Positions 1 to 9,879 are shown, numbered from the stretch's first letter. The stretch: DNA of 64,000 nucleotides from an uncultured virus (IMG/VR IMGVR_UViG_2838114448_000008) (IMGVR_UViG_2838114448_000008); one strand, 5' to 3'. Program-made: numbers and translations. Notes: generated by a model from the sequence alone, not told the origin.

Positions 1-321
1 ATGGGAGGTTTGTTCTCGCCGCCCTCGATCCCGACGCCGCCGCCCCCTCCCCCACCACCGCCTCCGCCGCCACCGCCCCCGCCGGAGCCCGAACCCGAGC
101 CGGTCCCGGACCCGCCGCCCCCTCCACCGCCACCAGAGCCGGACCCCACCGACACGGAGGATCCCCCCACCGCCGCCGGCGAAGCCGACCGCCAGCGCCG
201 CGAGCGGGAGGCCCGATCCGCGCGCGGCTGGCGCTCCACGGTCAACACGTCCTACCGGGGCGTGCTGGCCCCGGCGTCCTTTACCGGCGGCTCCGGTCTG
301 AAGACCCTGTTGGGAGACTGA
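1..321 (+). CDS. Pro-rich small protein of the resident podovirus-like cluster
   Basis: MGGLFS..P-rich N-terminus and C-terminal ...TSYRGVL...KTLLGD, the pattern of small virion proteins encoded just before T7/BPP-1-type portals; 4 nt gap to the portal. Confidence 0.6.
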   Translation: MGGLFSPPSIPTPPPPPPPPPPPPPPPPEPEPEPVPDPPPPPPPPEPDPTDTEDPPTAAGEADRQRREREARSARGWRSTVNTSYRGVLAPASFTGGSGLKTLLGD

Positions 322-325
322 CAGC

Positions 326-2029
326 ATGTCCCATCCCGCCCCCGCCGGCCTCCCGGCCGGTCCTCCCTCCGGACCCGACACCGCGCCGGACGACGCCCCG
401 GTAACGGAACTGCTGCGCCGCTACCGCCGCGCCCGGACCCGCCGCCGATCCTGGGAGGGCGCGTGGCACGACTGCTACGATTACGCGCTGCCCAGCCGGG
501 AGTCCGCCCTGGGCGGGTCCACCCCCGGCGCGGCGCGCGGGGACCGGCTGTTCGACGGCACCGCCCCGGACGCCGTGGACCAGCTCGCCGCCAGCATGCT
601 GGCGCAACTCACGCCGCCGTGGTCGCGCTGGTTCGACCTCACGGCGGGCGCCGACCTGACGGAGGACGAGCGCGCCCGCATGGCACCGACGCTGGAGCAC
701 GCCGCCGAGGTGCTGCGGGGGCAGTTCGCCGCCTCCAACTTCGCGGTCGAGATCCATCAGGCGTATCTGGACCTCGTGACGCTGGGCACCGCCTGCCTTG
801 CGTTCGAGGAAGCCCCACCCGGCGAGCCCAGCGCCTTCCGGTTCGCGGCCGTGTCCATGGGCGACGTGGCCCTGGACGAGGGGCCGACCGGCCGCCTGGA
901 CACCGTATTCCGCCGCATCCGGCTGCCCCTGACGGCGGTGCGGGCGCGGTGGCCGGGTGCCGTTCTGCCCCCGGAGCTGGAAAACCGGGCGGCGCGGGAA
1001 CCGGACCTCGACGTGGCCGTGCTGGAATGCGTCGTGCCGGACGCGCGCGGCTATGGCTACACCGCGCTGCTGGCCGGCGCCGGGGACGCCTTGGGGACGT
1101 TGGCCGATGTGGGGGTCGACATCGGGGACGCGATCGCGGCGCCGCCCGTCGTGTTGGCCACGGGCCATTTCGCCGTCTCCCCGTTCCTGTGTTTCCGCTG
1201 GCTGAAGGCCCCGGGGGAAGTCTATGGCCGCTCCCCAGTCATGAAGGCGCTGCCGGACATCAAGACGGCCAACAAGGTGGTGGAACTGGTGTTGAAAAAC
1301 GCCTCCATCGCCGTCACCGGCATCTGGCAGGCCGACGACGACGGCGTGCTGAACCCGGCGACGGTGCGGCTGGTGCCCGGCACCATCATCCCAAAAGCCG
1401 TGGGCTCGGCCGGATTGACGCCGCTGCGGGCGGCCGGGGACTTCGACGTCTCGCAGCTGGTGCTGGACGGCCTGCGCGCCCGCATCCGGCATGCCTTGCT
1501 GGCGGACAAGCTCGGCCAGCCCGACAGCCCCGGCATGACCGCGACGGAGGTCGTGCACCGCGCCGCGGACATGGCCCGGGTGCTCGGCGCCTCCTATGGG
1601 CGGCTGCAATCGGAGCTGCTGGCCCCCCTGATCCGGCGCGGGCTCGCGATCCTGCGGCGGCGGGGCGAGATCCCGCCGATCCGCCTCGACGGGCGGCTGG
1701 TGGACCTGACCCACGCCTCCCCGCTGGCGCAACAGCAGCGCATGGCCGACGCCCAGACCACCCTGACGTGGATCAACGCCGTGCAGGGGCTGGGTGAGGG
1801 CGGAGCCGGGGTCGTCGACACCGAGGGCGCCGCGCGCTGGCTGGCGCGGACGCTGGGGGTGCCGGACGCCGCCGTGCGCCCGGCCGCGCCCGACCCGCCG
1901 GCCTCAACCCCACCGGCTGCGCCACCGCCGACACCGTCCGCTGCTCCGCCGGATTGGACGGCGTTGGCGCAGCGGCTGGGCGCCGCGCTGGCGTCCCCGA
2001 CGGGAGGGCCGCCGAATGTCGCCCGCTGA
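326..2029 (+). CDS. Head-tail connector (portal), T7 gp8/Bbp21-like, resident element
   Basis: 567 aa with motifs LFDGTAPDAVDQLA, LTPPWSRWF, GEVYGRSP and MTATEV typical of podovirus head-tail connectors. Confidence 0.9.
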   Translation: MSHPAPAGLPAGPPSGPDTAPDDAPVTELLRRYRRARTRRRSWEGAWHDCYDYALPSRESALGGSTPGAARGDRLFDGTAPDAVDQLAASMLAQLTPPWSRWFDLTAGADLTEDERARMAPTLEHAAEVLRGQFAASNFAVEIHQAYLDLVTLGTACLAFEEAPPGEPSAFRFAAVSMGDVALDEGPTGRLDTVFRRIRLPLTAVRARWPGAVLPPELENRAAREPDLDVAVLECVVPDARGYGYTALLAGAGDALGTLADVGVDIGDAIAAPPVVLATGHFAVSPFLCFRWLKAPGEVYGRSPVMKALPDIKTANKVVELVLKNASIAVTGIWQADDDGVLNPATVRLVPGTIIPKAVGSAGLTPLRAAGDFDVSQLVLDGLRARIRHALLADKLGQPDSPGMTATEVVHRAADMARVLGASYGRLQSELLAPLIRRGLAILRRRGEIPPIRLDGRLVDLTHASPLAQQQRMADAQTTLTWINAVQGLGEGGAGVVDTEGAARWLARTLGVPDAAVRPAAPDPPASTPPAAPPPTPSAAPPDWTALAQRLGAALASPTGGPPNVAR

Positions 2030-2318
2030 CTCGTCCGCCGCTCAGACGTGGCCCTGGACAGAGACCACTCCGACCCCGGCGCCGACCTCGGAGGATCTTG
2101 CCGCCGAGGACCGCGCCGCCCTGGCCCGCGCCTGCGCGCGGCTGTTCGCGCACGACGACGGTCGCCGCCTGCGCGCGCATCTGCACGCCCTGACCCTCGC
2201 CCGTCACCTGGGACCGGACGCCTCCGACGCCGCCCTACGCCACCTGGAGGGCCAGCGCGCCCTGGTCGCGCACCTCGACCGGCTGATCGACGAAGGGCGC
2301 GGCAGCCCGGCCCTGTAA
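2016..2318 (+). CDS. Bbp19-like small phage protein
   Basis: ATG 2016 overlaps the portal end; ARLF..DGRRL..HL...LRHLEGQRALV pattern; located between portal and scaffold. Confidence 0.6.
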   Translation: MSPADSSAAQTWPWTETTPTPAPTSEDLAAEDRAALARACARLFAHDDGRRLRAHLHALTLARHLGPDASDAALRHLEGQRALVAHLDRLIDEGRGSPAL

Positions 2319-2347
2319 CCGACCCCAGATCTTCAAGGAGTCACATC

Positions 2348-3106
2348 ATGACCTTTCCGCTTCCGCCCGGCCCGGCCGGCGCGGCCCGCTCCCGCGCGCC
2401 CAATGCCCCGCATATGCCGGCGTCTCTGGCGCCCTTCCTGGATCCGCAGACCGGCCAAATCGACGTGGCCGCGCTGCTCGACGCCTACGAAGCGTTGGCG
2501 CGGAACGCCGAGACCCTGGTGCCCGTCCCGGGCCGCGACACCGACGACCAGACGCGCCTGCGCTTCCGCCGCGCCATCGGCGTGCCGGATACGCCGGACG
2601 GCTACACGATCACGGTGAACCACCCGCGCCTCGCCGTGTGCCCCGAGGTCAACCGGCGCCTGCACGATGCGGCCTTCACGCCGGCCCAGGCCCAGCTTGT
2701 CTACGATCTCGCCGTCGAGCGCGTCATGCCGGTGATCGAGGCCATGGGCCAGGACCAGCGCGCCGAAACTGACCTGGCCACCCTGGTGGAGCACTTCGGC
2801 GGCGAGGACCGCTGGGCGGAGATCAGCCGTCAGCTTTCGGCTTGGGGCAAGGCCCACCTGCCGCGCGACGTCTATATGGCCCTGGCCTCGACGCGGGAGG
2901 GCGTGCTCGCGCTGTCCCGCATGATGGCGGAGGGCGAACCGGGCCTCGTGCCCAGCGCGGGCGCCGGCGGGGCCGGCGGCGGCGGCACGGACGAAACCGA
3001 CCTGAAGGCCCTGATGCGCGATCCCCGCTACTGGAAGCACCGCGACCCGACCGTGGTGCGCCGGGTCGCCGAAGGCTTCCGCCGCCTGTACCCGGGCGGC
3101 GCCTGA
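2348..3106 (+). CDS. Capsid assembly scaffolding protein, resident element
   Basis: AAGGAG RBS before ATG 2348; C-terminal LMRDPRYW...V.EGFRRLY pattern; directly upstream of the capsid gene. Confidence 0.75.
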   Translation: MTFPLPPGPAGAARSRAPNAPHMPASLAPFLDPQTGQIDVAALLDAYEALARNAETLVPVPGRDTDDQTRLRFRRAIGVPDTPDGYTITVNHPRLAVCPEVNRRLHDAAFTPAQAQLVYDLAVERVMPVIEAMGQDQRAETDLATLVEHFGGEDRWAEISRQLSAWGKAHLPRDVYMALASTREGVLALSRMMAEGEPGLVPSAGAGGAGGGGTDETDLKALMRDPRYWKHRDPTVVRRVAEGFRRLYPGGA

Positions 3107-3157
3107 GCCGCCCCCCGCACGCCCGTTTCCTCCCCCTCCGGACAAGGACACCCGCCG

Positions 3158-3907
3158 ATGTCGATCACCATCGACCAGTCGTTCATCAAGCATTTCCAGG
3201 CCGACGTGCACCTTGCCTTCCAGCAGATGGGTTCCAAACTGCGCAACACCGTGCGCGTGAAGGACAATGTGCAGGGCGCCACGACCGTGTTTCAGAAGGT
3301 CGGCAAGGGCACGGCGTCCACCAAGGCCCGCCACGGCATGGTGCCGGTCATGAACCTGGACCACACCCCGGTGGAATGCGACCTCCAGGACTTCTACGCC
3401 GGCGATTGGGTGGATCGCCTGGACGAGTTGAAGACCAACATCGACGAGCGCCAGGTGTTGGTGAACGCCGGTGCCTATGCGCTCGGCCGCAAGACCGACG
3501 AACTGATCCTGGCCCAGCTCGACACCTCCACCAATCACGCCCAGGACGGCACCACAGGCCTGACCCTGCGCAAGATCATGGAGGCGTTCGAGATGCTGGG
3601 CACCGCCGATGTGCCCGACGACGGTGAACGCTACGCCGTGGTCGGCTGGAAGCAGTGGTCGGAGCTGATGCAGATCGAAGAGTTCTCCAACGCCGACTAC
3701 GTGGGCGCGGAGGACCTGCCGTGGCGCGGCACCCAGGCCAAGACGTGGCTGGGGACTCTGTGGATGCCCCATTCTGGGCTGTCCCTCGACGGCGGCGTGC
3801 GGCGCTGCTTCTGGTACCACAAGACCGCCATCGGCCACGCCATCGGCGCCGAGGTGCAGTCGGACATCACGTGGCACGGCGACCGGGCCGCACACTTCGT
3901 GAACAAC
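3158..3907 (+). pseudogene. Major capsid protein of the resident element, 5' part (codons 1-250), interrupted by the prophage; frame runs on to a stop at 4333
   Basis: MSITIDQSFIKHFQADVH...AYALGRKTD...DITWHGDRAAHFVNN is capsid-like; composition changes abruptly after attL; missing 3' end found at 57290-57358. Confidence 0.88.
3893..3907 (+). repeat. attL core CACTTCGTGAACAAC
   Basis: Exact 15-bp direct repeat with 57275-57289; about 110 bp from the integrase stop. Confidence 0.93.
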
Positions 3908-4015
3908 GAACGGGCACCCCGCAAACGTTCTGGAAAACCGCGACCACGGAAAGGGATGTCAGGCACGTTATGGCCAGCCAAAAACAGTTTTTGGCCCAAC
4001 CTCATCGAAAAATCC

Positions 4016-5041
4016 CTATCCAACATCTTGGGTGCTCGAAAAATCCAAGGCACTAGCCGCGCTGTCCAGATAATCCGGAGCGTGCTTGCCGTAGGTACGC
4101 TCTACCATGACCTCGGACATGCCGAGCATGCGCGCGACTTCTCGTGTCGGCGTGCCCGCCATGACCATCCACGTCGCCGCCGTGTGGCGGAAAACATGGG
4201 GCGTGATGCGAGCGACTCCCGCACGCACGCACGCGGCTTCCAGGCCGCGCCGGACGTCGTGAACCCGCGACCCGCCAAACTCAACCACCCACTGCGTTGT
4301 CGCGACGGCACGCGCCGCTTTCAGTTCACGTAGTAGGCTGTCGTGTATGGGAACGACGCCCCGACGCTTCCGCTCATTCCCTGGTCCGAAATCAATCCGT
4401 CTGCGCTCGAAATCAACGCCGTCCCACGTCAAGCCAAGGATAGCCTCGCGGCGATGCCCGGTCATGGCGGCGATAACGATAAACAGCCGGATGTGCGGCG
4501 CAATGGCGCCATCAACGAGGCGCCGAACCTCGTCCTTGGTGAGCCACCGCTCGCGCGGCGGGGATCGCCGAACAGGCATTTCAAACGTGAGTTTGGCGGA
4601 CGGGGGCACCATCTTCTGCTTGATGGCCCAGTTCACGGACGCCCGCAGGAACAGCATATCGTTGTAGGCGGTGCTATGGCTCTTCCCAGCGGCCAGCCTC
4701 TGTTTTGCGAAGCGCGCGACAGCCTTTTGCGTGATGTGTTCCGGCTTCAGGTTCCCGAACTCACGCGCCAGCATACCGCATGTCGCCTTGATTGACCCAT
4801 ACGACGCCCGTTCCCGCCGGCTGTCGGAGTATGCGGCCAAGATCTGGCCCATCGTGGCAACGTCGGGCTGTGCCTCGGCCCCAGCCTTGAATTGATCTAG
4901 GAACCGGTCCGCTTCTGAGCGGTCCTTCGTGCCACTTGAAACCCGTCGCGTGCGACCGTCCTCGGTCCATGTGACGTAGTAGGTGCCGCGCTGATTTCGG
5001 ATGAGCCTGTATTTTGGCTCCGTGAGGCGGGGGCGGCCCAT
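4016..5041 (-). CDS. int: Tyrosine recombinase (phage integrase)
   Basis: TGHRREAI (catalytic R), PHVFRHTAATWM (HxxR), ERTYGKH (catalytic Y); adjacent to attL. Confidence 0.95.
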   Translation of the reverse strand: MGRPRLTEPKYRLIRNQRGTYYVTWTEDGRTRRVSSGTKDRSEADRFLDQFKAGAEAQPDVATMGQILAAYSDSRRERASYGSIKATCGMLAREFGNLKPEHITQKAVARFAKQRLAAGKSHSTAYNDMLFLRASVNWAIKQKMVPPSAKLTFEMPVRRSPPRERWLTKDEVRRLVDGAIAPHIRLFIVIAAMTGHRREAILGLTWDGVDFERRRIDFGPGNERKRRGVVPIHDSLLRELKAARAVATTQWVVEFGGSRVHDVRRGLEAACVRAGVARITPHVFRHTAATWMVMAGTPTREVARMLGMSEVMVERTYGKHAPDYLDSAASALDFSSTQDVG

Positions 5042-5202
5042 TGTTCATAAAGCTCCTCAAACGTCGCCCGATCGATCCGATATGCCTTCAGGGGTGTACT
5101 TAGCACAGGGATCTCACCTCTGCGGATCATGTCGCGCACGGTCTTCGGATGGACCTTCAGGCGTTCCGCGACCTCTTTGACGTCCATGCACGGGGGCGTC
5201 AT
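4897..5202 (-). CDS. xis: Excisionase-like HTH protein
   Basis: MDVKEVAERLKVHPKTVRDMIRRGEIP...AYRIDR HTH_17-type motif; immediately upstream of and overlapping int. Confidence 0.8.
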   Translation of the reverse strand: MTPPCMDVKEVAERLKVHPKTVRDMIRRGEIPVLSTPLKAYRIDRATFEELYEQWAAPASRSQNTGSSEISAAPTTSHGPRTVARDGFQVARRTAQKRTGS

Positions 5203-6155
5203 GACGGCCCACCGCTGTGCTCGAGGTCGTCCAGCAGCCGGCCGGCGGTGTGCTTGCCGACGCGGACCATGGGGCGCCCATTAACGATGTGGTCGGGTTG
5301 GAAGCAGTGGACAGACCCGTCGTGCGCCACGATGAAAGCTGGCGTCCGCTGCATGCGCCCCCGGCTGGTGTCGTAAGGCTCCCCATGCAGCGGCGGACGC
5401 CACTCCCCCCACTGCTTGAAGAAAAACGGCACACCCGCCGCCGCGCACTGATCGCGCAGCGAGCGCGGCCAATCCGGATGCATCGGCCGGGCATACGGGC
5501 CGGATTCCCCGCCGCAGATGACCCAATCAAGGTTCCCGAGCCACGGCGTCAGGCCCACCGGCCCCAACAAGGGCTCGACGGACAGGCCCCGCCGCGCGGC
5601 TGGCGTGTCGAGCAGGATCGGGATCCGCAGGTCCGCCATCTCGTGGTTCTCGACGCTGACCAGCAGGGTGACGTTGGGCAGCGGCCAATCCCTGGTGTCC
5701 GGCCAGGAGGGATCGTCCTGCGTCATGCCGATGTGCCAGAGAGGGGGCATGTGAACGCCGTTGCCCGCGTCACGACCGCGCGTCAGATAGTCCCGCGCGA
5801 CCTTGGGCCGCTTGGTGACGACGATCCAATCCAGGTGCGGGGTGAGCGCCATCACGGCGAACACCTCGTCGCGCCATTCTGTCGGCACCTCCGTGTCGAA
5901 CACGTCGGCCAGCGACGCACAGAACACGCGGTACCGTCGACCGTCCCGCGCAGCCCTGCGATCCCAGGCGAACGGCTGGCGCCATGTGGACTCGGCGGCC
6001 CGTCGGCGCGGCTGGCCGTGCCCCCAGGGCACACTCAGGCGGCGCCCGACGCCCTCGGCATAGCAGTGATCACAAGCCGGCGAGACCTTGGTGCAGCCGA
6101 TCCACGGGTTCCAGGTGTGATCGGTCCACTCGATCTTGCTGTACTCGCCCATCAC
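5199..6155 (-). CDS. Phage Gp37/Gp68 (DUF5131) family protein
   Basis: SKIEWTDHTWNPWIGCTKVSPACDHCYAE, WVICGGESG, PFFFKQWG. Confidence 0.9.
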   Translation of the reverse strand: MMGEYSKIEWTDHTWNPWIGCTKVSPACDHCYAEGVGRRLSVPWGHGQPRRRAAESTWRQPFAWDRRAARDGRRYRVFCASLADVFDTEVPTEWRDEVFAVMALTPHLDWIVVTKRPKVARDYLTRGRDAGNGVHMPPLWHIGMTQDDPSWPDTRDWPLPNVTLLVSVENHEMADLRIPILLDTPAARRGLSVEPLLGPVGLTPWLGNLDWVICGGESGPYARPMHPDWPRSLRDQCAAAGVPFFFKQWGEWRPPLHGEPYDTSRGRMQRTPAFIVAHDGSVHCFQPDHIVNGRPMVRVGKHTAGRLLDDLEHSGGPS

Positions 6156-7174
6156 GCGGCCCTCCGCCGGTCTTGTTCGGCGTCCAACGCCTGCATGAGC
6201 GCGTCATAGGCGACCGGATCCGCCTGATCGAGGTCCGCCAAGTTGTCGGCGTTGTCGGACCGGAGCCGATCGAGGGCGTCCGCATTGGGGGCAGCAGCTG
6301 CCGCCGCTTTGAACCGGTCTGCCCAGTGCTCCAACCCTTTCGTGACCCCGATGGTCAGCGACGGACGCGCCCAGAAATCGGCCGGGTCGGCGGCGGAGCG
6401 GGGCTGCTGGGAGGGCTGGGTCTGCTGAGGGGCGGCCCCACCATTTGCCCAGCCGGCCAGCCGCTGGCCAAGCCCCTCGTCGATCTGCACTCCGGGTTCG
6501 ATCAGGCGCTTCAGCTGGTCCGGCATCTTCTCCGCTTCGGCGCCAAGATGAGGGACGCCCCGGGCCCCGGGTGGCAGAACCAGCATGGTCGTCATTTCAT
6601 ACTCGAACCCGGTCGGCGCGATGGGCTGCCAGCCAATCGACACCGGCTCGTTCTTGCCCCGGTCATTCTTCTGCATCTTCATTTTCTCCTTCGCCCGGAA
6701 GCAGAAAATGACGTGTGCCCGCACTTGAAGCACATTGTTGACGAACCGGCTTTGTTCCTTCTTTGGTTCGATCCAGGCGGAGAACTTGCAGGCTTCCCGC
6801 TTCTGGTAGTTTTGCCCAGCCATGCGATCGAGCGCGGCTTCGTGCATCTCCAGGAGCCCACCGACACCCTCATGCAGGTGTGAGCAACTGTCGATGATGA
6901 CACAGCCGGCGCCGGCCTCGACGGCGGCCTTGATGCCCTCGATGTACCGGGCCGGCGTGAACGGCGGCTCAAGCTGGGCGTATTGGTACCGGAACATGTC
7001 AGCGTAGTGCAGGCCGCGACCGTTCTCGGTGTCGAGAAACATGATCGGTTTTTCGCCAGCAATCCCCTGGGCGAGCCGTAGAGCAGAAAAGGTCTTGCCG
7101 GAGCCGGACGGCCCGGCGAGGCCGATCAAGAGCGGGGTCTGCTCTCGGACAGCGGGGCGGAAGTGGAATGTCAT
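6152..7174 (-). CDS. AAA ATPase, Sak4-like single-strand annealing recombinase
   Basis: Walker A GPSGSGKT, FLDTE, IIDS; adjacent to an exonuclease. Confidence 0.75.
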   Translation of the reverse strand: MTFHFRPAVREQTPLLIGLAGPSGSGKTFSALRLAQGIAGEKPIMFLDTENGRGLHYADMFRYQYAQLEPPFTPARYIEGIKAAVEAGAGCVIIDSCSHLHEGVGGLLEMHEAALDRMAGQNYQKREACKFSAWIEPKKEQSRFVNNVLQVRAHVIFCFRAKEKMKMQKNDRGKNEPVSIGWQPIAPTGFEYEMTTMLVLPPGARGVPHLGAEAEKMPDQLKRLIEPGVQIDEGLGQRLAGWANGGAAPQQTQPSQQPRSAADPADFWARPSLTIGVTKGLEHWADRFKAAAAAAPNADALDRLRSDNADNLADLDQADPVAYDALMQALDAEQDRRRAA

Positions 7175-8175
7175 CGGGCCTCACTCCATGGGGTGGCGGC
7201 TTTCGCGTCACCGGCCTGGAAGCGATAGGCGACATCGAACTGGTCGCGAGTGGCCTCTGCGGGGTCGTCGCTCTCGTCGTATTGCTTGGCGACATAGCCG
7301 GGTGCCTCGACATGGCAGACGAGGCGCGGATAGCCCGGCCACCAGCCCCGCTTGAGGCACTGTTCCCATGCCTGGATCGCGCGCTCGGCGTCCTGGTCCG
7401 CGATGGCCTGCGCCTTCGGGTCCAGGGATACGACGGACACCGCGTGGGGCGGATCGCGCTCGACCACAATCCAGCGGAAGAGCACGGTGTCGGTGCCCAG
7501 CAGCGCGCGGGCGCCGCGCCGATACAGTCCCTCCTGGACCTGCATCCTGTCGCGCCACAGTGAGCGCGAGAACTCGGCAGGGGCCGCGGTCGTCTGGGTT
7601 TTGATGTCGTAGATGATCGGCATCCGGCCGGGCACGACCAGCCTGTCGGCGCGCATTCGACACCAAATCGGGGCATCGTCGGATCCGTCGCGCCAAAATC
7701 CGGACACCTCGCTCTGGCCCGTCACCGGGTCCAAGAAATTCGCGGCCTCGCTCTCGGCGATCTGACGGCGCACCCATTTGGCCATGGCCTGGGCCTGGTC
7801 CCACTCGGCGGCCAGTATCGGTGTCTTCCCAGCATCGCGCGCCGCGTCGCGGGCCTCTCTCGCGGCTTTCGTCGTGTAGCCGGACGCGTCGATCACCTCG
7901 ACGTCGCTGCCCTCGCCCAGAATGAGCGCATGGACGACAGACCCAAGGTCCATGTTCCGGCTAGCGCGCTTCTCATCGGCGCCCCCAAGGCGCGGGTGGC
8001 CCCGCCACGCATGCCAGGGGCTTTTCCGCAGCAGCTCCTTCGCGGTGCCGCTGGAAAGAGACGGCGCATCGCACGGGTCGTCGTGGTACCGGTCCTCATC
8101 GAACCGATAAAACCCGGGCTCGCGGATCGGGCCGCCAGGGTCGGGACGGATGGTGAAGGTGTCAGCGGTCATCAC
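7171..8175 (-). CDS. PD-(D/E)XK exonuclease, RecE/ExoVIII (DUF3799)-like
   Basis: YH..P.LSSG, LGSVVH, CRMRADRL, YDIKT, WPGYP. Confidence 0.85.
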   Translation of the reverse strand: MMTADTFTIRPDPGGPIREPGFYRFDEDRYHDDPCDAPSLSSGTAKELLRKSPWHAWRGHPRLGGADEKRASRNMDLGSVVHALILGEGSDVEVIDASGYTTKAAREARDAARDAGKTPILAAEWDQAQAMAKWVRRQIAESEAANFLDPVTGQSEVSGFWRDGSDDAPIWCRMRADRLVVPGRMPIIYDIKTQTTAAPAEFSRSLWRDRMQVQEGLYRRGARALLGTDTVLFRWIVVERDPPHAVSVVSLDPKAQAIADQDAERAIQAWEQCLKRGWWPGYPRLVCHVEAPGYVAKQYDESDDPAEATRDQFDVAYRFQAGDAKAATPWSEAR

Positions 8176-8375
8176 AAGGGCCTCCGTTCAAACCGATCTG
8201 TCCGCCCGACATGCCAGCCGCCGCAGCACCGGCACCGGTAGGCGACCATGGGCAGCCGGGCCTTCTGAGCCGCACGCCATGCCGGCGCACCGCTCTCGTA
8301 CCGAGGCTTGCCCGCGCACGCGGCCAACCCGTAGACGGGATCCCTGGCCCGGGCCCGCTTCGCCCTCGCGCTCAT
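8172..8375 (-). CDS. Small Zn-ribbon phage protein
   Basis: AYRCRCCGGWHVG motif; start/stop overlaps within the early-left operon. Confidence 0.6.
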   Translation of the reverse strand: MSARAKRARARDPVYGLAACAGKPRYESGAPAWRAAQKARLPMVAYRCRCCGGWHVGRTDRFERRPL

Positions 8376-8617
8376 GCCGCACCGTCCGGGCCGGGAGACC
8401 GGCCGTAGCTGGAGAGGACGAGCCCGGCGGCATCCCGCACCCGGGCAAGCAGGCGACCGCGCATCGGGTGCGTCTGCGGCAGCCCGTTCGCGCATTCGCG
8501 GGCGGCCTTGGCGACCTCGTGCAGCGTCTCTCTATCGCCGAGGCTCATGGCCGCGTTGAGTTCGCACAGCCGCCGCAGAGGCAGGCGGGTGTGGTGGACG
8601 ACGTGGGCCTCGATCAT
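8372..8617 (-). CDS. Hypothetical phage protein
   Basis: ATGA-coupled to both neighbours. Confidence 0.5.
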   Translation of the reverse strand: MIEAHVVHHTRLPLRRLCELNAAMSLGDRETLHEVAKAARECANGLPQTHPMRGRLLARVRDAAGLVLSSYGRSPGPDGAA

Positions 8618-8925
8618 GCCGCCGCCTCCCGCCGCGCATCGGCGGCGTCCTCGATGCCGCCCGCATGGTCGCGCAGCAGTTCGGCCTGCAACGCCTCTTC
8701 GTCGGCCTCGATGCGGTTGGCGAACCACGCTTCGACGGCGTGCGGCAATCGCTTGCCGTCGCACTCGATCTCGATCCGCGAAACCTCGCAGGAGTCCGGC
8801 TCCGGCGGGTCGGTGCAGTCGCCCCGAAACCCGCGGCGGAACGTGTAGTAGACGTTTGCCGCAAGCTCGACACAGGCCGCGCCTTCGATGGTTATGAACT
8901 CCTGGTAGACGTGCATATCAGGCAC
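8614..8925 (-). CDS. Hypothetical acidic phage protein
   Basis: Coupled ORF in the early-left operon; GGAGG RBS. Confidence 0.5.
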   Translation of the reverse strand: MPDMHVYQEFITIEGAACVELAANVYYTFRRGFRGDCTDPPEPDSCEVSRIEIECDGKRLPHAVEAWFANRIEADEEALQAELLRDHAGGIEDAADARREAAA

Positions 8926-9166
8926 CTCCGTTCGGCCGGCGCAGGTCGAGCGCGCCGGCCTCGATGAGGGTGGCGAGGGAAATCAGGGCATCGGCCGCGC
9001 GTTCGCGATCCAGGGCGTCACCATGGACGCGCAGGTTTTCCGCACGCGCGCGGAGGACGCCCGGGCGCAGGCAGTCGGTGCAGGGGCGAGTGGCGCGCTG
9101 TTCCAGTTCGGCCCGAACCGCGTCAAAAGCCCCGGCGTCGTGGAGGATGGCGAGGACAGCGGTCAT
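8918..9166 (-). CDS. Hypothetical phage protein
   Basis: Coupled ORF in the early-left operon. Confidence 0.45.
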   Translation of the reverse strand: MTAVLAILHDAGAFDAVRAELEQRATRPCTDCLRPGVLRARAENLRVHGDALDRERAADALISLATLIEAGALDLRRPNGGA

Positions 9167-9169
9167 GGC

Positions 9170-9376
9170 TCATCCCTCCAGCACGGCGTAGCCGAGGATC
9201 GCCCAGAGGATCAGGACGACGAACAGACCGGCGAGGACGAGGCCTTCGCGAAGCGCCGTCCAGACGGCCATGGCGTCCTCCCGAACGTACCGGGTGGCGC
9301 ACGGGCCATCGGCCACGACAAGCTGGCCGGCGCGGTTGCGGCGGATCGTCAGGGCGTTGGGTAACGGAGTTGCCAT
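9170..9376 (-). CDS. Small membrane protein
   Basis: C-terminal hydrophobic helix GLVLAGLFVVLILWAILGYAVL; GGAGG RBS. Confidence 0.45.
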   Translation of the reverse strand: MATPLPNALTIRRNRAGQLVVADGPCATRYVREDAMAVWTALREGLVLAGLFVVLILWAILGYAVLEG

Positions 9377-9390
9377 CGCCGCGCCCTCCC

Positions 9391-9879
9391 CTACGCCGCC
9401 GCCAGCGGTTCGGCCGGCGTGGCCGCCGTGGTGCTCAGGGTGGCGTCGATCACGGCGCGAATGGCGCGCTGCTGGTGCTCCCGCAGCCGCCCCCAATCCG
9501 CCAGCAGGGCCATGGCCTCGGTCGAGATCGGCGAGGCGTTGGCCTCGACCGGCTGAGGGAGACCCGCCCGACCGACCTCGGTATCGCGGGCGGACAGGGC
9601 GTCCTCGCCCATGGCCTCGAAGAAGAACCCGATCGGGACGTTCAAGACGCGCGCGACGTCAAACAGCCGGCTGGCACTGATGCGGTTGGTCCCGCGCTCG
9701 TACTTCTGGACCTGCTGGAAGCTGACGCCGAGGGCGCGGGACATGGTGTCCTGGCTCATGCCCAGCATGGCGCGGCGCAGGCGGACGCGCTCCCCGACGT
9801 GCTTGTCAATCGGGTCCGGTCCATCGACGGACGCAATGCGGCGGACTGGGGTGGTGGTGTCGGTGGGGGTCGGGTTCAT
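9391..9879 (-). CDS. XRE-family regulator, PraR/PhrR-like
   Basis: PDPIDKHVGERVRLRRAMLGMSQ...LGVSFQQVQKYERGTNRISASRL; first gene downstream of PL. Confidence 0.85.
   Translation of the reverse strand: MNPTPTDTTTPVRRIASVDGPDPIDKHVGERVRLRRAMLGMSQDTMSRALGVSFQQVQKYERGTNRISASRLFDVARVLNVPIGFFFEAMGEDALSARDTEVGRAGLPQPVEANASPISTEAMALLADWGRLREHQQRAIRAVIDATLSTTAATPAEPLAAA

Noticed and set aside
3850..4015. tRNA/tmRNA as the integration target
   Set aside because: No cloverleaf or T-loop/CCA pattern at either att end; the core is protein-coding.
3158..4333. Intact 391-aa capsid protein
   Set aside because: Residues after HFVNN derive from prophage DNA antisense to int; the true C-terminus is at 57290-57358.
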